From Okamejei kenojei (Eukaryota): DNA of 64,000 nt. The notes under the pieces were generated by a model. That model was given only the letters and a program-made list of their open reading frames with translations. It did not search any database and was not told the origin of the DNA. The DNA lies in assembly GCA_035221665.1 (NCBI GenBank), contig CM069146.1:58342001-58406000 (forward strand), given 5' to 3'. The position numbers were made by a program, and so were the translations under genes. Below, piece after piece: positions 26,532 through 40,536 of the stretch. Within the stretch, counting starts at the first letter, position 1, and the number at the start of each line of letters is the position of its first letter.

Positions 26532-27074
26532 GTAAAAATTGATGCTGTAAGCGTGATGTTTCCGATATTCCTTCACGTAATGTCTTCCTGAACTCTCTTT
26601 GGATCCATTGTACTTATCCTTTAGGACCTGCCTACCACATAGAACCATGTCAAAACCTCATTAAAGTTTCTATGGCCTTCATGGGCCTTTTTTGTTACTT
26701 CTTCAAAATAGTCAGATTATTAAGACAGGATTTGCACTCTCAAGCTATGCTGACTATATCTAGATCTAAGCTATGCTGACTATATCTAATTGGTCACTGC
26801 CTTTCCAAATGTACATAAATCCTTAGGCTTTTCACAAGGACTCGTCAGCGTGTAGTCACCAGGTTCTACTTAGCCGGTCGCCAAAATTAGTGGTGGTGGC
26901 CAGGCCCTTTATGTTTGGAGCTGAGGCTGATATAGACTACAAGTGCGGCAAGCCTTCATGAAATTTGTGCTGCTTTGTTTTGTATACTTTTGATAATCAG
27001 TGCTGTTGCTTTAATCTAAATACGTTTAACTTTGTAATGGGACTATTCTTAATTTTGAAGCGTTTTAATTTCAG

Positions 27075-27188
27075 GGCCACGCAGCTCCTATACTGTATGC
27101 GGTCTGGGCAGAGCTTGGGTTCCTGTGTGTGGATCAGTTAACGACATTGAGGAAAATGGATTCCCTTCTTGAAGGGCACCCTGTTCCA
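27075..27188 (+). CDS. TKT: Transketolase exon 3
   Basis: [20 protein letters not shown], 114 nt. Confidence 0.97.
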
Positions 27189-27427
27189 GTGAGTATCAAC
27201 AAAATGACATCTTCACATACTTTGGAATATTTCTGCTCCCTAGGCTCTGCACCAGATGTCTTTGTTAAGGCCTGATCATACCAATTGTGGCTGCTTTACA
27301 GAAATATATTGTACAAGTAAAAGTAAAAGATCATGAAAATCACTTTACGTCCGCTTGCTGCCTCTTTGAGTCGTTGCTTTACTTGTAAATGTTCCCAAGT
27401 CGTACTTTGTGCCTTGTGTTTTTTCAG

Positions 27428-27525
27428 AAACTGGAGTTTGTTGATGTTGCTACTGGATCTTTAGGACAAGGTCTCGGGGCTGCGGCGGGAATGGCTTACA
27501 CTGGGAAGCATTTTGATAAAGCCAG
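27428..27525 (+). CDS. TKT: Transketolase exon 4
   Basis: [33 protein letters not shown], 98 nt. Confidence 0.97.
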
Positions 27526-28334
27526 GTGATCATGTTTATATCAAGCTCTACAAAAAACATTTATTTTTTGTTGTTTTTATTTCATATTCAAAAATTGGAG
27601 TTTTCAAATGATCAGCCATCCATCGATTTTTATTCCTTATCAGAATCTGTTGCATACATCTGATCTTTTAGTTTTCAAAATGAGCGAAAGGATGGCATTC
27701 AGTCTCTTGCTTGTTCAGCTACGCTACCAGGTCATGGCTGATCCGTTCATCAACTTTGAACTGGAAAATTATCGGTACGAGGCTTGAAATTTTCATTTAA
27801 TCGGGAACATGGGACTTTTTGCAAATAGAGTTACAAATTTCCACTCGGCTTTAAGGAGGAATATTCTTTCTGATTTTACACCTAGGTAGCCACGCTCCAA
27901 TGTTAAATTCATCATGTTTATAGTTTCCCGTTCAAAAAGAAAATGTTTCAGTTCTAACCTTGTCAGAAGTGTTTCTTTTTAAATCCCATGTTCAAACAGG
28001 AACCGTAGAATATCAACAATATTCATGCAACCTGCTCATAATTAAATCTTAAAACCGCACTTTCATTGTGTACTTTATATATGTACTACACCCCTCAAGA
28101 TTAATGCATCCTTTGAAGATATCTCAAACAGCTTGCAGATTGATATCTGAAACTGCAAAGGACTCCAACTAAAGCATTCTGCTATTGAACCATTTTATTG
28201 TCACAACCAAAATTATACTACCCTTTCTGATTACTTTGTGTCTTTTCATTTGCTTTGTTGATCCAACATTTTTAGTTACTCTACTAAGAAAATATTGTTT
28301 TCATTTATTGTTCTCAGAACCAAAGTGATCTAAT

Positions 28335-29344
28335 AGCAATGTTACAAAATTTTGAGATTTAAAAAATCTAGTCTGCAATTTATCCCATCAGATAAAGCAT
28401 AAAAAGAAGTGTAATTTGACACCTAATTCACTTTCATATCTTCAGTATTAAAAAAGTAATGGCCATTTTCATACTCGGAAATTAACATCTTGTTCCCTAT
28501 TGCTTTTCCATTGACAACACAAAAGCTGTGATCGAGGACAGTCAAAAGCCCATAACTTTCTTAAAAATTAAGAGAACTGAATTGTTCAGTTATTATAGAT
28601 TGAAGCATTCTGAAACAAATATGAAACCAACTTACTTGGATGGCCTGAAATTAAAGCATATCGTTAGTTAGTTAGTTACCTAATTGTAGCAAATTACAAA
28701 ATTCAATTACTAGATTTAAACATCTATCCATTTCTTAAGAAAATATTAACATTTTTCAATAGCCTATGTGTCCAAATTCACACAAGAATTCGCAATATAA
28801 CATGATTTTTAAATCGCATTGTCATGAATTTAATGTTTAATTCCCGTAAATTAATGGCCATTTTAATCATCTTGCGAGTGGGTTTTTGTGGAACGCGATC
28901 GATTGGAACATAGCGATTTGCGGTGAATTTAAACCCCATATCGGCAGGAAAAACACTACCGGTTCGTATGGGGCCATAACCACATTTTCGCCAATGAAAT
29001 TTTGATTATAGTCATCCTAAGAAGCAAGTTTATATGTAAAATAAACGACTTACCTTATGTTTTGTCCCCTACGTGAGATCCGTCTGGTTGACGGCGTTAG
29101 AAGTCACTTTTTTATTTTACTTCAGAGATTAAATTGTCCCACGATTTTTTTTTTAATATGTCAGAGAACACAAGTCAGAACAATTTTTCAGCATCAGCTA
29201 ACAGCCTGAGAAAATATATCTTGGACAGGCAGGAGAAAATGACATTTTAATCCCCCCCCCCCCCCCCCTCAAAGGAGCCAAAGTCACGCACACGGCCAGT
29301 GGCAGAACTGCAGCGCTGCTGAAGGTAAGTATTGTAACATACCT
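28335..29344. mobile_element. Putative non-autonomous DNA transposon (unclassified)
   Basis: Imperfect terminal inverted repeats AGCAATGTTACAA / TTGTAACATACCT bounding a roughly 1-kb non-coding block. Confidence 0.5.
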
Positions 29345-30396
29345 AGATCTAACCTTTTCTCACACGAATTCTTATTTTGTCGTATAAATTGGCCTCTTTG
29401 TGAAGTTCCAGCCTAAAATACTGAAAACTCTGCAGCATAAAAGACTCTACAGATCTGCCCTCTGCCTATTCCCCTTCCTCCTCCCTCTCATTTCTGGCTA
29501 TGTCTTTGAATCTTTAGGCTTTTAAACTCTGAAACACCTGTATTTTTACTGCTTCTTGCTAAAATATTCTTAAAAACTGACCACTTTGACCAAGCTCTGA
29601 CATAATATCTACTTTGTATTTTTTTGTTCCAAATATGGCTTGGGACAACTTAATATCTTAAAGTTCCAAAGTAAATGCCGCTTGCTCTTATCCTGTTCTC
29701 ATCTACACAAACTGTCTATGGGCACACTGTTATCTGCAAGTTCTATTTAAGCCTTTTTTTGCTAATAATCTGTGGTGTAGATGTTGAGCAGAATTCCAAA
29801 TAAGCAGTCTCCACAGCCATTTCTCTAGATCAAAACTTAGATTATTCAGACATAACCTAAGTTTACAAATGTTCTCTTTTTCAGTTTGTGTTACCAAATC
29901 AGATTGATGAACTCCTGAACTATCTGTTTTAATGCTGGAAATTGTCCAGTCATGTGCGATAGGTGGGAACTGAAAGCAGCCACAGACTCTGTAAACAGTG
30001 GAGTGTGGAGACATGCCAAGTCTAATCCATTCCTTAAAAAACTGCTTGGTCACAATGATTTTGTTATTCTCATGTGTAATGAAGATATGCTGTGCACTGA
30101 TCGAGAACAGAAAATGGTGGAAGCATTCAACAGGACGGATCTGCACCGAGCCGAGAATCAGTTCACATGTGTCAGGATCCTTTGTCAGCAAGAAGGATTA
30201 AACTTACCTTTTTTTAATCTCTTTCATAGTTCTGATGAAGGTTCTCTAGCATGATACATTAACTCTTCTCTTGCCTGAAACATTAACCCTTCACTTGCCT
30301 ACATGTTTCCTTCATTTTCTGTTTTATTTCAGACTTCCAGCATCTGCTCTTCTTTACTCTTCTTATACTTTCAATTTTCCACTAGATTATCTGTCT

Positions 30397-31049
30397 GATA
30401 ATAGTGATAGTGTGATAATAGTTTGATTACTGTTTGGTAATAGGGAAAAAATTAATATTGAAATTTTGGAAGGGAACATTATCCCCACAATTAAAATGTG
30501 GACAGTGGAAATGTTGGAGACGTTGCATTTGGAAAGAATCAGATTTGTCCGAATGGACAAATACAAACTCTTTGAACAGATATGGTCTCCATATACAGAA
30601 TATTTGAAGGGGTAGCTGTTCTTGGCATCACAACTCAATGGGTATCCGGCAGGATTAGATGAAAATAACTCTCTGCTTTTTTTTTTTTGATTTGTATACA
30701 TGTCTCTATTGATATCGCTATTTGAAATTGTGTTATTCACTATTAAGATGTATACTATAATCTCTTTTTTTTATATATATATAATACTTTGTTTTAATTA
30801 AATATATATAACAAGAATATATACATATTTTTTTTTCTCTCTTCTCTCTCTATATAATCAAAATTATTATTTAATCACCATTCTTATTGATTAAAATCTA
30901 TTCTTTTCTTTTTCTACTTTCAAAAAAATAGAAGTTTATAAGAATTATTCATAACATTTGTATACTTACTGAAATAAGTTGGTTGTGTATTTGAAAAGTT
31001 GTTATACCGTTGTTATGATGGATTACTTCTAATAAAAATATTATTACAC
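30397..31049 (+). mobile_element. L1 3' fragment, related to the 17.4-kb copy
   Basis: Encodes ..IKMWTVEMLETLHLERIRFV..EYLKG-stop; AATAAA near the end; 13-bp TSD AGATTATCTGTCT at 30384-96 and 31050-62. Confidence 0.88.
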
Positions 31050-31777
31050 AGATTATCTGTCTTCTTAAAATGTATCAATTCAGGATAGGTACCCATGTTT
31101 AAAAAACCTCTCAAGTGTGAGGCAGCATTTCTGATCATAAATCCGTTTTTTATACAGGTGTTTACATGCAGACCTTTCTCTTATCTAAATGCCACCATTG
31201 ATTCTGTACAAGCATTCTCAAAATGTGTATTAATAATTAGGATCTGTCATTTGTTTCAGAGTAATTCTTTTAGTTAGAAATATGGTTTAAATGATATTTT
31301 TGTGACACACTTGATTTAAGCATCAAACTTGAATATTTTAATGAAACTTTGAAACTCAATTTTAAATATTGTATTTTGGCTACAGTACTGGACATCTAGG
31401 TGACAATGTGAGAAATTGTATAAAGGGACTGCATCAATCCTGATTGGTCTTGACATTAGGGCTGTGTCAGTCTGTTGTTAACGTGCCCTGGTTAAATGAA
31501 ATCAATAAGATTTGAGGGTAATCCTTCACTGGCAGGGATCCTACGCAACAAACAAAGGAAACTGTTTTAATCTGGGAGAAATCTCACCAATTTCACAATA
31601 TTGATGTAGAGAAAATATTTTGGAGCAAGTTAATCTTGGAGAATTTTTTTAGTGAGGTTTAGAAAGCTGTTTTTGAATTCTGATTATTTACTAACCGGTA
31701 TTTTTCAAATGCTACGGTCAGAGATGAGTAATGTAGGTGCTTTGTACTTTACGGTGTTTCTTGTCCTCTGCTTCCAG

Positions 31778-31969
31778 TTACCGTGTATACTGTTTACTGG
31801 GAGATGGGGAATCATCGGAAGGCTCGGTCTGGGAGGCCATGGCGTTTGCTTCTCACTACAAGCTTGACAACTTGATGGCAGTTTTAGACGTGAACCGCTT
31901 GGGTCAAAGTGAACCTGCGCCTCTGCAACATAAAATTGACATCTATCGCAAACGTTGTGAAGCTTTTGG
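31778..31969 (+). CDS. TKT: Transketolase exon 5 (ThDP-binding GDGE..N motif)
   Basis: [28 protein letters not shown], 192 nt. Confidence 0.98.
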
Positions 31970-33017
31970 GTAAGTTTTTAATTTTGACCTTCAGATGTGG
32001 TACTAAAAGTGTTGGCTGATGGATTAGAGGGCAGACGTAACTCTTTTGTCTTTTAAATATTGATACTTCAATAGGATGGCCAATAAATACATCCCTTAAA
32101 CTCAAGAACAAAACCTTGAGCTTAGCTCTGCATTAGACTGGGGGTGCTGCTGTACGGTTGCTGGAAATGCATAACGTACACCAGGAACACTGCATGGGAG
32201 CTGTTGAGGTTGGCAAAGATGAGGATTCCAGCAACAGATGGATGGACTATTATAGAAGAAGAGCTGGCCATGTTATGGAAAAGGCATCTGCCAGGATACA
32301 AGATGAGAGGCTACACTTGGGAACCAGTATTGGAGTAACACCACAGTATCACAAGTGAAAGCATGAGTTTTGTACAGAGGCTGAAGGTGACACCTTCCTA
32401 TTTGTACTCCTTATAATTAATCTGTTACATGTTAGCCTGAACTTGCAGATTATTGCTAGGAATTGTGATCGTATTCCGGCATTTAATTAATTCCCACTGT
32501 GGAATTGCCTCCTGGTGACATTAATAGGGATCATAGGACAATCGTTGTGGCTGTGTTCAACTGTTCTGCTCTAGGTGACAAATGGAAAGGGATGTTGCTT
32601 TAAATTGGTGGCTTTAATGCTTTTCATTATTTATATATGTTTATGCAATAAGTAATCAAAAAATATTTCATAACAATGTTAAGCATCATTTACTTCAATA
32701 ATTTTAAATGTTTGCGTCAGTCATTTGAAAAATCATGAACTGCTTTTCTAGCTGGCAATGATGGGGGTTGGGTTTCTCTGGGGCATATCAGATCTCTGCA
32801 GAATAGGGAGAGTATGGGGGACCGTGGACTGGTGTCTCACCGGGACCGAGTCACTGAGTTCCAGCTCGGTGCTCGAGTCTGGTAAATAACTTCCTCACAT
32901 CGTCATTTGTACAAATATTGTGAACGCTTTTGAAATTTTGTCTAGGATTAGCTGCTTGAATTGGTATCCGTGTTGATTATTACGGTATACTGGTGAATTG
33001 TGATCCTTTCTGTTCAG

Positions 33018-33145
33018 CTGGCATACTGAAGTTGTGGATGGACACAGTGTTGATGAACTCTGCAAAGCTTTTTGGCAAGCCAGCATGATCAACGGCAAAC
33101 CAACCATGGTTATTGCTAAGACCTTTAAAGGAAAAGGCATCGAAG
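33018..33145 (+). CDS. TKT: Transketolase exon 6
   Basis: [28 protein letters not shown], 128 nt. Confidence 0.96.
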
Positions 33146-34899
33146 GTACCTTAAATACTTAATTTCTGTGATTCTACTTTACCTTTGTCTTGGAAAAGTT
33201 AGTGATCTATATTTGACACAGATCAAAACTATTATGCTACTGGGTAAAGAGCACTAACAGTAACACTCCATGTACTCCTCATGCTGCCTCGGCAAGGCCA
33301 CCAGCTTAATCGAGGACCAATCTCACACTGGTCACTCTGTCATCTCCCCTCTCCTATCAGGCAAAAGGTACAGGTGAAAATGCACACCTTCAGATTCAGG
33401 GACAGTTTCTTCTCAGTTGTTGTTTGGCAACTGAACCAACTAGAGAGTGGTCATGACTTACCAACTACCTCATTGGAGAACTTCTCACTATGTTTATAGG
33501 ACTTTACCTTGCACTAAATGTTAATCCCTTGATCCTGTATCTGTACACTGTGGACGGCTGGATTGTAATCATGTGTTGTCTTTCCGCTACTGGATAGCAC
33601 GCACAAAAAAATCACTGCACTCACCAGAAATCCAGTATTGTGGGCCATACATATAAATCACTAATAATTACAACAGCTTGACCCATTAGAGTAATTAAGG
33701 TGAACAGCATAAATACTTTCAATAGGAAGCTAGATGATGCTTTATGAGAACTGCTGATCAACAGATTCACTTAGATAAAAGAGGAGGGGTGATGAGCATA
33801 AACAGCCTTGATTGGACTTTGCTGGCTTTACCTTGCACCAAATGTTGTTCCCTTATGTATCTGTACACTGCAAATGGCTCGATTGCAATCATGTTCTGTT
33901 TTTCTGCTGACTGGTTAACATGCAACAAAAGGATTTTCACTGTACCTCGGTACATGTAACAATAAACTATCTGAAACTGAGCACAAAGACAAATTGGACC
34001 AAATGAGTTTGCTGCAAATTTGATGTAATGCATATCCACCATTAGCTGATAATTGGTTAAGATGTTTAAGAAGGAACTGCAGATGCTGGAAAATCGAAGG
34101 TAGACATAAATGCTGGAGAAACTCAGTAGGTGAGGCAGCATCTACGGAGCGAAGGAAATGGGCAACGTTTCGGGCCGAAACCCTTCTTTAGGCCTGATGA
34201 TCTTGGAAGCAGCCTGAATTGATGTTGAAATATGAAGGTTATGTGGCATCTATGATCGGGACATCCACGTAACGTCAGATGGTGCGGCAGCAATGGCTGA
34301 TTCGCTGAAAGATGAGGTTGCATACTCTTGCCCCAAGCGCCTGGAATGGAATTTAATAACGGGCACAAAAGCGCCTGGAAATCACAAAGGAAAATAAATA
34401 AGCAACATAAAATTATTGAGGATTCTTTAAATAATTTACTGTTTTTTCTACTAGCTCTTTCAATGAATTTGTCAATCCAGTTGTGGGTAAACAATATATC
34501 CATTTTGTGTAAATTCTAAATTATTCTGAAATGCCCACAAATTGCATGTCTATCATGACAAGATAATTACAACACTATCAATTTTGGTGAAATGTTTCCT
34601 TGTTTCAAGTTGGACCCTGCCTTCAAAGGTAAGAAGCACAAAATAAATAATGTTCAGAGTAAGAAATCTTCAGCCAGTTTAGCTAAGCTAACTAAGCTTT
34701 CCTTACTAGTGACGTTATTGTTAAAATTCACCTGTTCTTGATTGACAGAATCTGTCTATTTAATGTGCAGTCTGTAATCATGATTGCACCGTGTAAATCT
34801 GTGTCCACTGTCGTGTGATTCTGCCTACTGTAGCTTAGCTGAGATTGAACTCTGTGTATGTATGTTGTGTGTCACCTTCAAAGTTTAACATCTTTTCAG

Positions 34900-35093
34900 G
34901 TGTTGAGGATAAAGAAAATTGGCATGGTAAAGCCATTCCAAAGGATGAAGTGGAAGCAGTTATTAATTCAATCAAAGCTTTAATCACGAATGAGAAGAAG
35001 CTTACCCCAGGCCAGCCAACGGAGGATGCCCCACCTGTCTGCCTCCAGAATATTAAACTATCTGCACCACCTGCATACAAACATCTGGAGAAG
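34900..35093 (+). CDS. TKT: Transketolase exon 7
   Basis: VEDKENWHGKAIP..PPAYKHLEK, 194 nt. Confidence 0.96.
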
Positions 35094-36598
35094 GTAAACA
35101 ATCACACTGAACAATATTACTCTCCTTGGGCAGGATCGTTGAGTAACATGATCTGGGAGTTAAAAGTGTTTGAAGTTGCAGTCAGGTTTTCAGGCTCCTT
35201 TCTGAATGCAGAAGTGGATGGGAGGGGAAGATGATTCTTGGTGAAGGTGGCAGAAACTGTGAAAGATAGTCTGTTGAACGAGGAGGCTGGTTTGAACTGT
35301 CCACTGAAAAAGAGAAGCGTGTGCTGCAAGCGCTACTACAGTATTCAGGTATATTCAGCATCAGCTCGTGCAGTCCTGTTCAATGTCATTGTTTGTGAAT
35401 ATGACCCTACTTTGCTTAGACCTTACTGGGGTCTTCTTGTTGCTTGAATACAGTGCAGTTAACATGCTATCTTGTTATATCTGATGTTTGATTAATTCTC
35501 CTACTGTTATTGTGTCATACAGCATGGAAAGAGGCTCTTTGACCCAACATGTCCCGTCTACACTAGTTCCAACTGCCTGCTTTTGCCTCATATCCTTCCA
35601 AACCTGTCCTTTCCATGTACCTATCCAAATGTTTTTTAAGCATAGTAATAATACCTCACTCAACTAACCTGTTCTGGCAGCTCGTTCCACATACCTACCA
35701 TGTGTAAAAAAACAAAGTTGTCCTTCAGGTTCCTATTAAATCTTTTCCCCCTCACCTTAAACCTATGCCCTCTGGTTCTTGATTCCCCAAACCTGGGGAA
35801 AAGGCTCATCGATTCACCTTATCGATTCCTCTCATAATCTGATGCACATATTCATAAGTAATCGGAGCAGATGTAGGTCATTCTGCCCATCTGGTCTTCC
35901 ATTCAGTCATGGCTGATCTATCTTTCCATCTCAACCCCCTTCTCCCTATAACCCATGCCACCGTTACATCAATAATCTATCTATCTGACTAAAATATCCA
36001 ATGACTAGGCCTCCACAACCTTCTGCGGCAAAGAATTCCACAGATTCACCACCCTCTGACTAAAGAAATTCCTCCTCATTTCCTTCTTAAAGGAACGTCC
36101 TTCAATTCTGAGGATGTGCCCTCTGTCCTTGACTCTCCCACTGGTGGAAACATCCTCTCCACATCTACTCTATCCAAGCCTTTTAATATTTGGTAAGTTT
36201 CAATGCGGTCCCCCCCCTCATTCTTCGAAACTCCAGCGTGTACAGGCCCAGTGCCGACAAACGCTCATCATATGTTAATCCAATCATCCTCGGATGAAAA
36301 TGTTCTACAAGATGCGCTGGAATGAAGCCTCCTGATAATTGTTGATTGAGCACGAGGGTTAGAAAGACAAGTAACCTCTACAGGACAAACACAACTGCTT
36401 TAATGACCGTAAACTAGCCACCGGCAAGCACAAGTATGGTCTTCAATCTCAGCTTAAATGAACAACAAATATCTTTCAGGAACTGTCTTATTAATTATTA
36501 CAAGAGCAATGAACAATAAATAGATTGATTTATTCATCATAAATTGATCATGTGTTCATTATTTTTATTGAGTCTTTGCTTGGCACTTGTTTTTCCAG

Positions 36599-36763
36599 GT
36601 GGCCACGAGGAAGGCATATGGTACTGCACTGGCAAAGCTGGGCCACGACAACAAAAACGTCATTGCTCTGGATGGTGACACCAAGAACTCCACTTTCTCC
36701 GATATGTTCAAGAAAGCACATCCCAAGCGTTTTATTGAATGTTACATTGCAGAACAGAACATG
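36599..36763 (+). CDS. TKT: Transketolase exon 8
   Basis: [27 protein letters not shown], 165 nt. Confidence 0.98.
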
Positions 36764-36953
36764 GTAACTTGGAGTACTTATTTTGTCATAAGGTCATCAG
36801 GGATAGGAGTGGGATGAGGCCATTCGGCCCATCAAGTTTACTCCGCCATTCAGTCATGGCTGGTCTATCTCTCCTTCCTAACCCGATTCTCCTGCCTTCT
36901 CCCCATAACCTCTGACATACAAATCATGAAAGAAAAGCAGAAATTAGAATACT

Positions 36954-37256
36954 GGGCGGCATGGTGGCGTAACGGTAGAGTTGCTGCCTCACAGCGCCGG
37001 AGACCCATGTTCAATCCCGACTACGGGTGCTGTCTGTACGGAGTTTGTACGTTCTCCCCATGACCACGTGGGTTATCTCTGAGAACTTCGGTTTCCTCCC
37101 ACACTCCAAAGACGTACAGGTTTGTAGGTTAATTGGCTTGGTGTAATTTTTTTTTAATTGTCCCCAGTGTGTGAAGGGTAGTGTAAATGTGCGGGAATCG
37201 CTGGTCGGTGCGGATAAGACTGGCCAAAGGGCCTCTTTCCACGCTGTATCTCTAAA
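36954..37256 (+). mobile_element. tRNA-derived V-SINE (HE1-like), near full length
   Basis: A/B-box-like head (GGTGGCGTAACGGTAG, GTTCAATCCC), core GGTTTCCTCCCACACTCCAAAGACG and a CR1-type tail. Confidence 0.85.
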
Positions 37257-37770
37257 TAGAAACAGAAAATAGGTGCAGGAGGAGGCCATTCGGCCCTTCG
37301 ATGTGATCATGGCTGATCATCCAACTCAGTATCCTGAATCTGCCTTCTCTCCATACCCCCTGATCCCTTTAGCCACAAGGGTCACATCTAACTCCCAAAA
37401 AACAAAACTAAAATAAATAGTGTGTGATGATGAGATTAAGACTGGGGTAGTTTCATCATCGTTATTGCAGAAGCCAAGCCTGCGTTCCTGGACTGACCCG
37501 CTGCTACTTTGTTATTGCAGGAGCATTCACACTGGTAGCAGCATGTAATTATTATGATTGATTGTAATAAGAATGTTCTTATAAGATTAAAAGGCATCCT
37601 TTATGATCTTTGATTAAACTAATTCAGAAAAAACACTTTTTTGGGTTGGGTTCATTTTCTTTCCTGATTTATCGCAATCTGTAGAGGGTAAAGATAATGA
37701 AAATGAAGGACGTTTGTACAGCAGGCATTTGGCTGAGAAGTTAATGTGGTCCCTGTATATTTCTTTACAG

Positions 37771-37927
37771 GTGAGTGTTGCTGTCGGCTGTTGTACACGG
37801 GACCGGACTGTTGCGTTTGCCAGCACTTTCGCAACTTTTTTCTGCCGAGCATTTGATCAGATTCGTATGGCAGCCATTTCTGAGAGTAATGTTAATCTCG
37901 TTGGATCCCACTGTGGTATCTCAATTG
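37771..37927 (+). CDS. TKT: Transketolase exon 9
   Basis: [32 protein letters not shown], 157 nt. Confidence 0.98.
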
Positions 37928-38167
37928 GTGAGTTAAATCTAAATATTTCTAAACTAATTCCTAATTCACGTGGAACATTCCTTTGCCATTCCCTGCGGTC
38001 TTCCTCCAGTCCTGGATATGGGTTTTCAGAAGTCCATCAACGCCTGTGTAAGTGGCCGTACTTTACTTGTGAGTGCACGGAACATCGCCGGATTGTCCTT
38101 GTTTTGGACTCCAAATCTTTCCTCAGAAGTCAGTGGGGTTGTTTCTAATGCTGCTAATTGTTTTCAG

Positions 38168-38298
38168 GTGAGGATGGGCCTTCACAGATGGGCCTGGAGG
38201 ATCTGGCTCTGTTCCGCGCCATTCCAACCTCAACAATCTTCTATCCAAGCGACGCTGTCTCCACTGAACGTGCAGTGGAACTAGCTGCTAACACCAAG
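38168..38298 (+). CDS. TKT: Transketolase exon 10
   Basis: [35 protein letters not shown], 131 nt. Confidence 0.98.
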
Positions 38299-39017
38299 GT
38301 AGAGGCTGCAAACTTTACTTCAAAGCTTTTCAGGCCAAACCATTTTTAAGCCAGTTTGTATGTTTTTACAGCCCCTTCTCCCCACAGCCCTCACTCATTG
38401 TGCACGTACCCATGTCCTGATCTCTGAAAAGGTGATGACAATGCACCACGCACTGTCACTTTGAATTACTACAGAGGTTGCAATTCTGAAAGTGAATTTT
38501 AGCTCCTTTATCTTCACTAACCACTCCACTTTCCACTGTGTTTTCCCATGGAGGAGATGCAACCTCTTCACCTTCACCATCCAGGGACACAATCGGCCCT
38601 TTCAAGTGAAGCAGCAATCACTTACCTTTCTTCCGATCTCTTCTCACACTGAACCACTTCACCTCCACCCTTCTTTCTCCAGATCAAAGGTGTAGCTTTG
38701 GGGACTTGCATGCTCCCAACGTGCGCTATGTGCAACAGTCCAAGTTTCAGTTCTGCTCGGGCTTATCTGGTCAATTGATGACTGCATTGGTGATACCTCC
38801 TGCACACATGCAGTACCTGCAGTTTGTTGCATTTGCTTCACTCTTACCTCCGCATGTTCCATCTCCTGCCTCTTCTGTTGCCTTTCTGAATCACTGTGCC
38901 CCTGTCCCTGGGTGGCTTACTGACACACATTCATTAAATGTCCTTGGACTCCCATAACAGTTTCAACTATCCTTCCTCCACCCTGCCTTCTGAACAAATT
39001 CCCTTCTCCCAGGTTAG

Positions 39018-39133
39018 CACATAGGCAACATGTCTAGTGCTGCTGCCTTTGATGTCACATAGGCAACATGTCTAGTGCTGCTGCCTTTGATGTCACATAG
39101 GCAACATGTCTAGTGCTGCTGCCTTTGATGTCA
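39018..39133. repeat. Perfect tandem repeat, 38 bp x 3
   Basis: CACATAGGCAACATGTCTAGTGCTGCTGCCTTTGATGT three times, no spacers. Confidence 0.95.
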
Positions 39134-40217
39134 AGTTCAATCGTTTCAAGGAACTCTCTTTCTTTGTTTGTGCCAGAACTGCAGAAGTGTATCCATCTGC
39201 TTCAGTAGCTGTGTTTTCCTATCTGTACTAACACAGCTGATCTGCTGACCAGTTGCTGATGCTACAGCAATTACATGCTAATCTATTACATTGCTTCCCA
39301 TGCTAATTTATTAACCAGATGGATTCATCAGCAGCTAATCACTAAGGCAGTATACTCCCCATCCAATCAAAGATAATCCATTTGTCCCATCCATTCCTCC
39401 CCCACCCTCTGTTAACGTAAAACTAACTTTGGTCAGTTCCGAGGAAGAGTCTTCTAAATGAAATGTTAACTTTAATACTTTTTCTGCAGGTGCTGGCTGA
39501 CGGACTGAGTATTCCCAGCATCTTCTGCTTTTGTGACCTTAATGTTTTCATCAATGGCAAGGCTTTGTGTAAAACCATCCCACTGCTCACTGGCTAAATA
39601 TTGTTGACTCAGTTTCTCTCTCCGCAGATGCTGCCCAGATGTTGAGAACTTCTCACATTTTCTGTTTTTATTTCAAATTTCCAAGATCAACACTTAATTT
39701 TCCACAACCACTGTGTTTGAGAGGGAATAGCAACTTAGTTCTTGTTCTGATCTCAGTAATCCACTGTGGCTAAATATGATGTGTTGCCATTTCACAAATT
39801 TGCAGCAAAATTAACTGAAAGGAATTTGCAGTTACAGTATGAATTTATTTGTAAAGTTACAATTTGGTTTATCTTGGACATGCGCAGTTGTGACAGGTTT
39901 ATTTTGGACCAAAACACTACTTTGTTTACAAGTAAGGCGCTTGATCTTGTTTATTGGAAAGGAAGAGCGGAGCCTAGGTGCAAGTTGTCCCAGAATGTTT
40001 CATGGGCAAGTAATTACCTTGAAGTGTCATTATGATTTTGCATCATCTATGCTGAAGTGTCTGCTAAGATTGTCCTCGGTCTCAGGGTGGAGCTGAACAT
40101 AACCTTGCATCAGATGCAACAGTTCACTTGTTTTCCTCTCTTGTTGTATGGTACTGGGTTTATGAAAAGTTTAATAAAGTTTCACTTCTGAACTGAAATC
40201 TTGGTTGCACCCCGTAG

Positions 40218-40301
40218 GGTATCTGCTTCATTCGAACCAGTCGACCAGAGACGACAATAATTTACAAAAATACTGAAGTTTTTGAGGTTGGAAAAGCTAA
40301 G
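40218..40301 (+). CDS. TKT: Transketolase exon 11
   Basis: [28 protein letters not shown], 84 nt. Confidence 0.97.
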
Positions 40302-40415
40302 GTAAACAGTCTAGCAAAAATTATTCATGAAAATGCATGTATTAGCTTCTCATTTACCCTAATGTTTAAATGAACACATCACTCCAGCTGTAAGCAAGCA
40401 GACTTTATTAGAAGT

Positions 40416-40536
40416 GTTTAAGAAAGAACTGCAGTTGCTGGAAAAATCGAAGTTAGACAAAAATGCTGGAGAAACTCAGCGGGTGAGGCAGCATCCATGG
40501 AGCGAAGGAATGAATGACGTTTCGGGTCGAGACCCG
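40416..40536 (-). mobile_element. Short Penelope-tail element (hammerhead motif truncated)
   Basis: Matches the PLE tail at 49959-50050; 16-bp TSD AGACTTTATTAGAAGT at 40400-15 and 40537-52. Confidence 0.85.

Noticed and set aside
36954-37030. tRNA-like sequence
   Set aside because: It is the head of a SINE, followed by core and LINE-type tail.
39018-39133. CRISPR-like repeat length
   Set aside because: No spacers, eukaryotic intron, no cas genes.
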